Source: Lobosporangium transversale (Eukaryota). Taken from it: DNA of 64,000 nt. The notes below the pieces were generated by a model that was not told the origin of the DNA, made no database searches, and saw only the letters and a program-made list of their open reading frames with translations. The translations under genes were made by a program, and so were the position numbers. The stretch is taken from the NCBI RefSeq assembly GCF_002105155.1, contig NW_019029021.1:1-64000 (forward strand), given 5' to 3'. The first letter of the stretch is position 1. Each line of letters starts with the position of its first letter. Below are positions 1 to 11,030 of the stretch, piece by piece.

Positions 1-763
1 AGAATAAATGCGAACATGAAAGAATAAGCTTTCGAGATGATTATTTCTATTTCTCAAAGTACATCAATCATAGTTGTAGTGTTTGGTAAAAAAGATCAGG
101 ACATTCGATTTTAAAATTTCGTTCATTCAATTTCCGAGAGATTCCCACGAAATGTATAAACATCATATCAACACCACACACAACCACAATCGTGTATCCC
201 ATTTAGATTGAAGATTTTGATAAATACTTTTCTTTTCTTCAACTTACATATAAGCTATCATAAGGGGAAAAGGGCGTCTGAAATAAGGAAAGGTTAAAAA
301 ACTTTTTTTATAAAGGTATTTTTTTTTTTTTTGACTTGGTTGATCTGCTGTGGCTTGTATCATGTGATCAGAAGCCACAACATCAATTGAGTTTCGCGGT
401 TGACGCGACAATGACATAAAAGAGATGTCGCATAGAAAATGCGAGCACAGACAAAGCTGTGGACTCTTTACCGTCTTGGCTCTTTAATTATAGTGATATG
501 ATAATAACATGAGGCAAAGATGATGGATTCAAATACGCCTTCATATTGAACTGACAGCGAGTGAAGACGATTATGGAACGTGATGCCCCCTGTCATCAAT
601 TGCATAATAGTTTCCATACCAAAAATAAAAAAGAAATTCCCCATGGTATAAAGACCTCCTCCTTTTCTTCTCCCTTTTTTTTTTTCTACTTTTCTCTTTC
701 ATTTCCTCCTCATTTCTTTCATCCTCACCTAAATACCTAAGCACCTTATCTATTTCATCAACC

Positions 764-1395
764 ATGGATTACCTTCAAACAACCCAAAGCATTATGAACA
801 CAAACCTGGCACGCTACCCAGTTTTGGCTGTCGGTCTTCCACTCGTTGGAGGATTCCTCTCTGCTATTCCTTCTCACCAGCATGTGCAGGGCTACTATGA
901 ATCTCTCCGTAAGCCTGATTGGGCGCCTCCTTCTTCCATGTTTGCGCCTGCCTGGACTGCCCTCTACATTTCCCTCGGATATGCCTCCCATTTGGTTGCT
1001 CTCCGAACTGGACCCAACACTTTACCTTCAATGCGCTCAGTGGCTCAGACTGGATTGGGGATCTATGGCATTAACTTGGCCTTCAACTTTGCTTGGTCAC
1101 CTCTGATGTTCTGGAAAAAGAAGATTGGTGCCGCTCTCGTCACTGCTGGTGGTTTGACTGTAAGTTTTATTTTTATATCGTATTGACGTCCATGTTGAAT
1201 GTATGAAAGCTACAATTCTTTGGAAGAAAAAAAAAATCAATTGATGCTGGAGCGACATCCAACAAAGAATCGAGGATATTTGGACACTTCAATGGCGCTA
1301 TGATCTCCTTTGTTGAAATATTTGGAGGGGGGGGATCATATTTTATTTTTATATTTTGTGACATCAGAAATTTTTTTTTTTTGGAAACCGCGACG

Positions 1396-1428
<33 letters not shown>

Positions 1429-1827
1429 TATTACATGAAATTATGCATCATAAACTTACTTTTTTTTTTATTTTACTGTATTTTGCATTCATATTTCATT
1501 TAGGCTTCAGCTGTTGCTGTTTCCTACTACTTCTTCAAGGTGGACAAGATGGCCGGTTACTTGACTCTTCCCTATGTTGCCTGGTTAGGATATGCCACTG
1601 CTCTTAACTACGATATCTGGATCAAGAATGCTCAAGGTCCCGCTGCTGATCATGCTCGCAGAATCGGCAAGGACGTCAACGATGCTGCTAGACACGCCAA
1701 GAACGAGTTCAAGGACGCTGCCAAACATGCCAAGGAAGATGCCAGGGATGCTGCACGTAACGCTAACAAGAACGCTCGCAATGCCGCTAACGAGACTGCT
1801 GACAAGATCGACCGTGAGCTCCGTTAA
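764..1827 (+). CDS. TspO/MBR (translocator protein) family protein with a hydrophilic repeat C-terminal tail; 2 exons (764-1159, 1504-1827)
   Basis: TspO motifs YESLRKPDWAPPSSMFAPAWTALY, NLAFNFAWSPLMF and LPYVAWLGYATALN. A GTAAGT donor at 1160 and TAG acceptor at 1501-1503 join the two ORFs in frame. Confidence 0.92.
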
Positions 1828-2054
1828 AAAAAAAAAAAAAAAAAAAAAAAAAGCTTTTTTAATACAACCTACACCCATATTTTCCTTTTCCTTTCTTCCT
1901 TATCATTGTAGTGTTCCCTTTCTGTATTTTTCTCTTTTTTCATTGATGTACATACTTGCACTGTTATGATAATAAAAAAAAAATCTTATGAAAAATAACT
2001 TAGGGTATGTATGTTATATATGGTATGACTATAACAATTGCATGTATACTCTAA

Positions 2055-4431
2055 TTATTCGATTTTGCGTAGCGCTGCCTCAAGGTCGCCAGAGCTCAGC
2101 ATCTGGTAAACGTAATCAAAGACCTTCCATACTCGGCCAAGGGAATCACCACGGCATGGGCCTGTGATATTTCTATGATGAAGGAATGGATCTATGACTC
2201 TGAAAGTCCCATCGTTCATATCCTTTAGCTTCCTTCCGAAATCACCTCCTCCAACATTGATGGCCATGGATGTATAGTTAAATCGTCGTGAGAAAAATTC
2301 GAAAAATTCTATTAATAATCGGGCCAAAGATTTGGGATTGGTCCGCCCTTGATTCGTGTGTTTGCCGTCTTTGTTTTCATCATAAAAGACGGCAACAATC
2401 CTGGCCGAGTTGAAGTTTACAAGACCATTGCCTTTTGTATTATGTTTAATACGCAAGCTTAACGATTTCATTCGCTCAAACGGTTGCTGTTGTAGTTTTG
2501 GAAGGATGGAGACTGGACCCCATCCCCATTCTCTTGATGTGCTTGGCGAAATAACATCACTGGGTTGCTGAAGAAACACGATCCCCATCCATGTAATGGC
2601 ATAGCTACTGAGGTATCCACTTCTTGAGTCATTGATCCCCTGTGCCCGGCAGATGGCTTTTATCACATACAAGAATGGCTTCACACGTTCATCCAATGTA
2701 GTGTAAATCCGGATCAGATCGGAATTATAAACACCTAGATTGTTGCCTGTGTTAATGTCGCACTCAATGTTCGTTTCGGGATCCGTAAATTTTACAATAG
2801 GCACCATTGCGTGGGGGACTGGGGAGACGTACTTCATTCCTCCGCGATGCTCCAACACCTCTGCAAGGAAATGCATATCATTTAAACTCGTGTGATTATT
2901 CACATTAGGGCCTGTGATAACAAAGTCGGCATCGCTGTTGGCCATGAGGAGTCCGCTCACGAATGAACTGGTAGTAATCATGACAATACAATTAAAAGAG
3001 TTCTTAGGATACTCAAGAGAATTAAACATGTATAAAAAAAATAAAAAAAAAAAAAAAAAAAAAAAAAAACTTACCCATAGGGCTCAACTTTGAGCGTTTC
3101 AGTTGGGAAAGCTTCGGAAATGGTTTTTTCTACGCGCTCTTGAAGCCGCCTATGCTTCTCCGTAAGTTCTGGTGGTGGAAGCAGCGTCTGAACATTAACA
3201 GAGCAACGTTTGAAAAAAGATCCGTTAGAAGGTGGAGGCTTCATATCCAGAAGCCCTTCATGGCTGATAAGGAGGTATGAACTCTCTGCACATATACCTG
3301 ATAATACTTCATGATGTCTCGAGTCAGGCATCCATAAAATGCTGCATCGTCTTGCTCCGTTGGCAAATCAATCAGTCGAAGATCTTGGTTCACGCCATTC
3401 CAGTCATAAAGAGCACGAGATCTGATTGCTGGTAACCATCGAATGTTTCTCAACGCGCTTCCAGTGAATCCATCCAAGTGAACCCTATCAAGTGCTTTCA
3501 CAAGTCCATCCTCACCATCCTCGTCCGAATCAGAGTATTCTGTAGGAGGGTCACGGTTCAGGTCCTCGAAGCTATAAGAAGATCGATTGATCATCTCCCG
3601 AACATAATCGGCTCGCTTTCGCTTGCCATTAAAACGTCGCGTGTATTTATCCACACCTTTGACATTTTTGATTGGATGATCGCGCGTTCCATCATGAATG
3701 GTGCTATCGTCGTCATCATCATTGTCATCATCCTTTTCCTTGGATCGTCCATCAACACCCATATTCTTGATCTCTACAATCTTGCCTCCAGATCCATTAT
3801 TATACCAAACGCGTTTCCGTAAATGAGCAATTATCACCGCAATCATATCCTGCGAATGTTTGTCGAGTTTGTAATAGCCATCAGCCATCTTTTTACCATG
3901 AATATCTTCCAGGATAGTAAGCAAATTCGATCGGATAGTGATCAGAGGTGGGCCTTGATATCCAACTTGTTTGCGAATTGACCCAAATCCATGATTCACT
4001 TCATCAAAATCACTGAACTCATCCTCATTAAGTTCATCGACATCCTTTTCATCCAGATAGCCGGTGTCATCAGATGGATAGATGTCATACTTGCCATTGT
4101 GTCTTAGGACAAAGGCGCGGACGCCTTTCGGAGTCAGCATTTTTGAATTAACTAACAATGTTGCAAAGGTGGCTGTATGGCGGTTGTGCAGGAATTTAGG
4201 CTCAAGACAGAGTCGATAAGCTGACAGGAAATCATACGCTAGCTCGTCGTACTTGAGTGGAAAATCATATTTCTTCAGCTGGTTTAGGCGGTAGCAAGCT
4301 CGCTCATAGAGAATCGTGTCAAATAGGGTACCGACAAAAACTTCATCGTCCGAGGCGACGGCCTTAAAGGGTCCAGTATCAGAGGACTGATCTATTAGAA
4401 CGCTTGAAGCGTAAACTGAATTGAAGGCCAT
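2055..4431 (-). CDS. Cid1/GLD-2-like non-canonical poly(A)/poly(U) polymerase (terminal nucleotidyltransferase); exons 4431-3298, 3187-3075, 2967-2055
   Basis: Splicing restores LLPPPE..KVEPYG|SFVSGLLMANSDADF (GS...DxD). Also present: VPIVKF, ECDIN, N-terminal catalytic fold followed by YLSSYAITWM, and PAP-associated LLIEFFEFF...VIDPFLHHRNI. Confidence 0.9.
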
Positions 4432-4781
4432 GATGATGGTTTCAGTCAATGTGAATTTCAAACTATTGCATGAGTAAAATAAAAAGTGAAGGCATTTTTT
4501 TTTTCTTGTCTGTGTCAGTTCCCACAGCAGCACTGCCTACGCCCCTGACGGTCACAATATCGAAGCATTGATCCCTTGTGTGCTGTGGAACCCAATGGAC
4601 CAACTTTTTTTTTTTTTTTTTTTTTTGTACAAAAACAATTAAGCTAGCGACAACCATGTCATCTTAGTGCTAGCTCACGCATCCAGAGTTACAGTTTGTA
4701 CAGGAAGCATAGGACAAACGAGCCTCACTGCTTTTTTTTTCTCTTTTTTACATTGTTATTAACATCATTATCATTATTAAT

Positions 4782-5128
4782 CTACAAAACATAAGTTTGA
4801 TAACAGTGGTGCATACAGCTAAAGATGTTGTTCGTACATGTTTCGAAGCAAGGGTTATTGTCCCTACATGTTGACTCGCAAAAAAACGAGCCATCGCAAT
4901 CGTCAAAACATTCCTAATATTTTTCATCTGGCTCACACGTCCTCCTACATTTTTGATCATAACCTGAGCAGTAATTGTTAGGACACTTGCCTGCTGTAGG
5001 CAAGGGCAATAGTAATGGCAGAGTTGCAAATATGTGAAGCAATAACAATAAAGAAAACTACCACTCGTAGTTAAAGGAAGAAAACAACGATGTTGTTTGG
5101 ATCTCTGTACCAGAAAATAAAATAACAT
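4782..5128 (-). pseudogene. Paralogous copy of the 12-Cys C-terminal domain of the 6572-7609 gene, with an in-frame TAG at 4916-4914 and a possible signal peptide
   Basis: Clear nucleotide similarity of 4781-5005 to 6556-6780. Translation is GKCPNNYCSGYDQKCRRTCEPDEKY*ECFDDCDGSFFCESTCRDNNPCFETCTNNIFSCMHHCY, with all 12 Cys conserved. Confidence 0.75.
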
Positions 5129-6571
5129 GGCGTTGATTTAGATTGAAAGTGGTGAGGAATAGCAATAAATACCATCTCACAATGGTAAGTAGCCCGCTCA
5201 AGATCTCGGAATGGTGAGCATTAAGGGCAACAATATATAAACATTCGAGGAACAGCTGGTCAACAAGGGAGAAATTGAAGTCAATAAACGTATTTGGCTG
5301 CAAATGAAGGAATAGAATAGGATAAAGAAGACAATCGGACTAGCAATATCACACGTGCGTGCCAGTATCGCTGCAAGTGGAAATGCAATTGATTAAGAGG
5401 AAAAAACTTGTTGGCACTGATTGTGAGGCTGAGCTCTCGAAACCGTTAAGATCGAAGGGCAATTCTTAAACAGGAGGGCTTCCTAGAAAACATTATGCTA
5501 AGCCAAAAAAGCCAACAATGGGAATGAATCGAATATCCATAAAAAACATCAAGATAGCCGCCCTTTCCATTTATGAGAAAACTCACAATTAAAAAAAAGG
5601 TGCGCAATGGCGGCTGTGCCTGTATTAATTCTCAACCTAACGCCATCCATCACAAATACCACAGACACATACTTTATAAACTCTTCATTTCCACTAGTTA
5701 GCACATTACCTGTATTAATCTCCTTTTTTTTTTTTTTTTTTTTTTTCCTTTCTCGAATGAGTTCAAGTATGAAAAGGCGGAACGTTTTGCTAATTGCTCG
5801 ATACTCCTGCATCTGATAGTCCGACTAATCATTACTATCAACTTAATACAGGTATATCCTTCGGTAATGATCGCGCACGACAAAAAAAAAATAATAGGTA
5901 ACATAGTCTTGATATCCTATTGCAATAGCCCTGATTTGTAACTATAAGCCTTTTACCCACACGCGACGCGTAGGATAGCGTGTGACCCCCAGCCTCAATC
6001 TTTTTTTCCTTCACCAATCGTTACACAGCACAGATGCGTAAATGTGCTCCCTTATGAGGATCACAGAGCACGGGTACAGGGAAAGGAAAGAAGCTGGACC
6101 TTAAGCTAGCCATCCTAGAATAAAAGGGAGTAGAGCGATTTTTCTCGCAAGAATATAACACGCTCGAGCCATCTGAGGGCCATGGCTCTCATGGTACCCA
6201 TTTCTATAATTTGACAAGAGCAAAGTAGTGGTAGGAGTCCTCTGTTGCTTTTTTATTCCACACATGCGCAAATGCACAAACAGACCCAATTGCTTACACG
6301 TTCACTATACTTCTTTCTGCAGGATTGAAATGATATCGCGGGACCTCAGATGGTGAGAGAAGGATGGAAGATGGAAGCGGCAGGAGGAAGGAGGATGAAG
6401 TGAGAGGAATAGTAGATCTAGAGCAGGCAATCAGTTTTTATACGACATTCTGTTCCTTGACAATGCAATTTTAATTACACACAAGAGCAACAACCATATC
6501 CTTACAAGTGCTGTTTATTAAATAAGAGATGCTGCTATGCTATTATATATTTTAATCTACAAAAGCAAAAT

Positions 6572-7609
6572 CTAATGACAATGGCGCATACAGGTGAACA
6601 TATTATCTTGACACGTTTTGAAGCAAGGGGTCGTGTTTCTACATCCCGCCTCGCAAGAAAACGAACCGAGACAACCGTCAAAACATTTCCTGTATTCTCC
6701 ATCTGGCTCACACTTATCCCGGCACTTTGTGTCATAATCCGTGCAATAAAAATTAGGACACTTGCCAGCAGGAGGCAAGGTTGATGGCAACGGTGTAGCG
6801 TCAATCACAGGTTCTGCACGTTGTGTTCCAGTAGGTTCAGAAGGCGTTGTTGTTGAGGGGATTGGTCCAACAGATGAAGAAGGACTTGTGGTTCCAGATG
6901 AAGGTACATTAGTGGGGTTTGATCCCGGTGGATTTCCGTTATTAGTAGTGCCACTGATGTTTTTATCATGGCTCTTTTTGTTCGAAAGATGGTAACCGAC
7001 ACCAGCACCTACACCAATAACCACGCAAGCAAACAAAAACATCCACATGAATTTGCGACACCGTCTCTTCGATTTGACAGGAACATGGGTTACATATTCT
7101 GGAGTCATGCCATGAGTTTTGACATCATAATGTTGATAAGCTGGGTTTGGTTGTTTAGGCACAGTATTACTCGTTAGTGGCTGAGGTTGTGCTGAGCTGT
7201 TGCTACAGTTCATAGCTGCAGATGCAAGGTTGAAGATCGGTGCATCTACGGGGATCGGGTATGGATTATGGCCGTGATCCATATTTGATGAGTACCCTGG
7301 AGGAGGAGGAGCAGGAAGAGGCACACCATGTGATTGCAGTGAACTTGGATCGTATTGGTAAGGTGCATATTGTTGAGGATATGATGAAAGTTGTTGTCCA
7401 TGGGGGCTACGGTGATCTGGAGCCGGCGCAGAGAAGTTTGGAGGAGGAGTGTAACCCGTGGTCAGTTGAGGCGCTCGTGGTGAGTCAGATAATGGAGGCG
7501 TATTCTCTTCTACAGCATCAGTGATGGTTTGTGGTGATCTTGATGATGATGTAGGAGGTGCTGATATATGGCTGTCTCCATGTGATTTCGAGTCGTTTGG
7601 GCTCAACAT
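6572..7609 (-). CDS. Single-pass membrane protein: Pro-rich N-terminus, TM helix, Ser/Thr/Pro stalk, C-terminal 12-Cys (CX3C repeat) domain
   Basis: Intronless ORF. Likely start MLSPNDSK at 7609 (an upstream ATG at 7741 is possible). Basic KSKRRCRK precedes hydrophobic FMWMFLFACVVIGVGAGVGY, consistent with type II topology. Confidence 0.75.
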   Translation of the reverse strand: MLSPNDSKSHGDSHISAPPTSSSRSPQTITDAVEENTPPLSDSPRAPQLTTGYTPPPNFSAPAPDHRSPHGQQLSSYPQQYAPYQYDPSSLQSHGVPLPAPPPPGYSSNMDHGHNPYPIPVDAPIFNLASAAMNCSNSSAQPQPLTSNTVPKQPNPAYQHYDVKTHGMTPEYVTHVPVKSKRRCRKFMWMFLFACVVIGVGAGVGYHLSNKKSHDKNISGTTNNGNPPGSNPTNVPSSGTTSPSSSVGPIPSTTTPSEPTGTQRAEPVIDATPLPSTLPPAGKCPNFYCTDYDTKCRDKCEPDGEYRKCFDGCLGSFSCEAGCRNTTPCFKTCQDNMFTCMRHCH

Positions 7610-8529
7610 GTGATGTTCTAGGACTAAGGTGCTGGAATGGAAGTGGAGGAAAGAAGGAAGGGGTAGGAGAATGAAGAGAGAGAGATAATAAGTCTGGAGC
7701 AGGCGAGCAGTTTTTATATGATTTTCTGTTTTTGGCAGCACATATTCAATAATACAAGAGCCTGAACTCTATCATTATTTGCCCTCGGTATCATCCAACC
7801 TGAGTTGAAATAGATATAATCTGGCACCTGAAGATGCACTGTATATATTTCTCTGAATATTTATGAGCCATCCTCCGACTGCGGCCTTATTTTTGATTTT
7901 TTCCCACCAACTTAAAGTAAAGACAAAGTCTTAAAGTGCATCCTTCTTGAATAGACATGTAGATTTAGATGTTTTGGGAAATCTTGATGAAATTGATATA
8001 ATGTCTTTAATAAGAGGCTGTTTTGAGCATGAGGACATCTCAACTGGAGTAGGCTGAGTCTGTTGATGAGATTGGGACATGGATCGAATAACTGTAGTAG
8101 CATCAGTGTCATCAAGGTATTATTGCACACGCACACCCTGAAGATAGATTCGTAAATGCATGGTAACATGCACATAGTTTAACCTTGTCTCCTCAAAGTC
8201 GAGCTCAATCGAGCAAAAAAGTAAAAAAGTGAGCTCGAGCAATAAGGCTCTGTCTAAAGACGCTTTTATTCAATTCTTTGTACTGACTCCAAATACCTCC
8301 TAACAAGCTTCGTCGTGTCCTCGAATCGTTGTCGTGCTGAAAGATGAAATCATCTTTAGTTAGGTTCCAGTCATCAAGGGATATCTATAGATCTTCCTGA
8401 AGTTTAGTCCAGAGTGTCGTCCATCATCGCAATTTATCCAGATCCGTATCATGAGAAGCATGATCGCACTCTAACGTTACCGCCCCTAAATTTGACAGTG
8501 GTAGGCAATATCTCCTCACCACGAAGTGC

Positions 8530-9430
8530 CGGGTTGCGTGCCGCCCGGCCAAGACGCGGGAAGGGTGATGATAAGTTATCAGGTTAACCATACTGTACTG
8601 CCCGCAGAACATCACTGCTGTCACACCCCATGCTTGCCGCCTCGTTCGACATCAAAACATTAATGGTACCGCCCTTGAATTGCTCCAATAGCTCCTTTTT
8701 TTAAGATCAGACTTTCCAGAATGATAGTCAGCGACATTAACGTCCTTTATTGTATGTCTAAAAGAAAGAACAGTAAAGTCCACCCATTCCTCGTTTAAAA
8801 GTACACAATGGTTTTCTTTCCATCTTTCAAAAAGTTGAGATCCTTAAATGAATCTAGTGGATGTTGAAACCGATTCACGACGTATTTGATGTTCCTTCTG
8901 TCGTTACCAACTGTGGCCACGTAGGGATCTTTGAAACGCATCACCATTTTGACATTCAATAAAAGCGGAGGCGGCAGTGTAGCAGGAACAGCGACAAAGC
9001 AAGTGCCTCGATCTACAAAAGTGTGCAGAAATCTAAGTTTCCCGTAATCCGTTCTGAATTTTCCAAGCGCATTGCTCGCAAAGAGGATCTCGAAACGAAT
9101 ATGGCTCAATAGTCCTCCGCTTGTAATCTTTCGATCGGAATGAACGTCTTACTCTTAAGATGAATGCTACTAATGCCTACCGATGCCAGCATTTCCGCCT
9201 GCTCGTCACCCAATACCTTCAATGGCGTAAGAACGAGTATGGTGATTTCTGGCCAAAGTATTAGAGGGAGGAAGTAGATCACCGTCTTCCTCCATCCAGT
9301 ACCAACAGTTAGAATGAATGCAATCTTGATGCTCTCCTATCTTAGTCACGATATCCAGCTGTTCATCTTTCAGGCCAAGCCCAAAAGCTTTCCTGATCTT
9401 TTGGCGAATATCCTCGGAGGAATGGAGGGA
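8530..9430 (-). pseudogene. Degraded RecQ-like SF2 helicase
   Basis: Frame-broken motifs: KDEQLDIV, DCI/LTVGTGWRKTVIYFLP (motif I, frameshifted by a CATT duplication), VLTPLKVLGDEQ (Ia), FRTDYGKL, ATLPP, GNDRRNIKY, KTIVYF, SNEAASMGCD (V), RLGRAARNP (VI). Stops and frameshifts are present and the DEAH motif is not found. Confidence 0.8.
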
Positions 9431-11030
9431 ATTAGTTTTGTGTTAACATTTTTGTTTGTTTTTATTGTGGAGGAACAAAAATTTATTTAATGTTTTTGTG
9501 CGCAAGGTACTTGCAATCAGTACATACTCCATGAAGCTAGTGCGATTGATATGGTGGCAACATGCGCTGGTAAAATATCTATGAATGCCAACAGCACCAT
9601 ATCCTTGTAATGCGTGTCTGCAATCAATCTTTTTTTTTTTTTTTTTTTTTTTCCTTAACATAGGCCCAATCATTCTCGTTCTTCTTTCCACCTTTCTGTA
9701 CATTCCTATTACTCTCTCTTTGATCCTTTCAAATTTGCCATTGTGATTAATATCTTTTCTTCAAAGGCAAATACCCTATTTATATATCAATGTCTGATGC
9801 ATCACAAACTGATTCCTTCTTAGTGAGGTCCTGTTAATTCGCGCAGGAAGGCGGAAAGTGGAGCGTAGCGATATTATATTTATGAAAACAAGTCAATTGG
9901 TCGAAGTCTTGTTTTATGGAAATAGCATACTGTTTCCTAGCTTCCATTGCCTTGCGCGTATCTTTGGGTGCTCACTTTCCCTCTATTAGCTTTAAGCTGC
10001 CATGCTTTTAACAATGAGCCAGTATAAAAGTCATGTTCTTTGGACTGTAGAACGGGCAAATTTGCCCATTTAGCTTTCATCAACTCATGAGCAGGCCAGA
10101 TCCAGTTCTCCATGCTTCCTGCGAGATGAAAACAGCCGGCTATTGGATTCTTGCCACCCATATGAGGTAGCAATTATGGTGCGTGAAAGCAATGCCAGTG
10201 TTCCGACCTGCTCGATTTGAATGCCAAGGATGCAAACAAAAAAGTCGGCAGCAAAAACCAACCAGCAAACAACCGTTTCAGTAAAAATCAATCAGTAAAA
10301 TCCTGTATCAAGCTAATTATCACGATGCCATTACATTCATCTTTAAATAGCCTCTGCTCCTCTGCGCATTTCCCAACTTTCACCTTCTTCTATTCAGACT
10401 AAAGGTAAACAGGTGTCTATCTCTATTGTTTTCAACCTCATTCGTGATTTCTCTTTTGTTAGATATGTTGCTGAGTCAGTCTCCACGCTTGTCTAAAAAA
10501 TGTTTTGAAAAAAAAAAAAAAAAAAAAAAAAAGAGAGAGAGAGAGAGAGAATGCGAATGGAGCTAACACGATCAACGACGAAGAGAGCAGAGAAAAAAAT
10601 GACGAAGATACGGGAAGTTTTAACAAGATACTATTAATCAAAAAAAGACCAAATAGAAAGGGTAATCGTAATTACCAATTAATTAAAAATGACCACTATT
10701 GCTTTTAATTAAAACGCAGCCAATTTAGTGAAGGTGCTTTTATGATGAAGAAAGAGAAAAAGAAGCGCATATACAAGGAACGTTACATAAAATGGTATAA
10801 TTGCTAAATAAATAGTGGAGATAAATAAGCACAGAAAAATATAACCGCTTCATTTGGAAGACAACTCATGGGTATGGTGTGCCTGATTAGTTTGCTCACC
10901 ACGAAGCGGTGATGTAAAAACCAATCATCAGTTTGACTTTGACATGAATTACTGACCAAACAAGACGGACAAATTAATAAATACGATAATAGACAAGAGA
11001 TGCGTTGGATGCGAAGCGCGATCAAGATCT

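Noticed and set aside
3241..3331. Apparent frameshift between overlapping ORFs of the nucleotidyltransferase
   Set aside because: Explained by a GT-AG intron at 3297-3188 with a CTAAC branch point.
9937..10291. LLPHMGG..IAGCFHLA as an FAD monooxygenase remnant
   Set aside because: The resemblance is too short and weak to support without a search.
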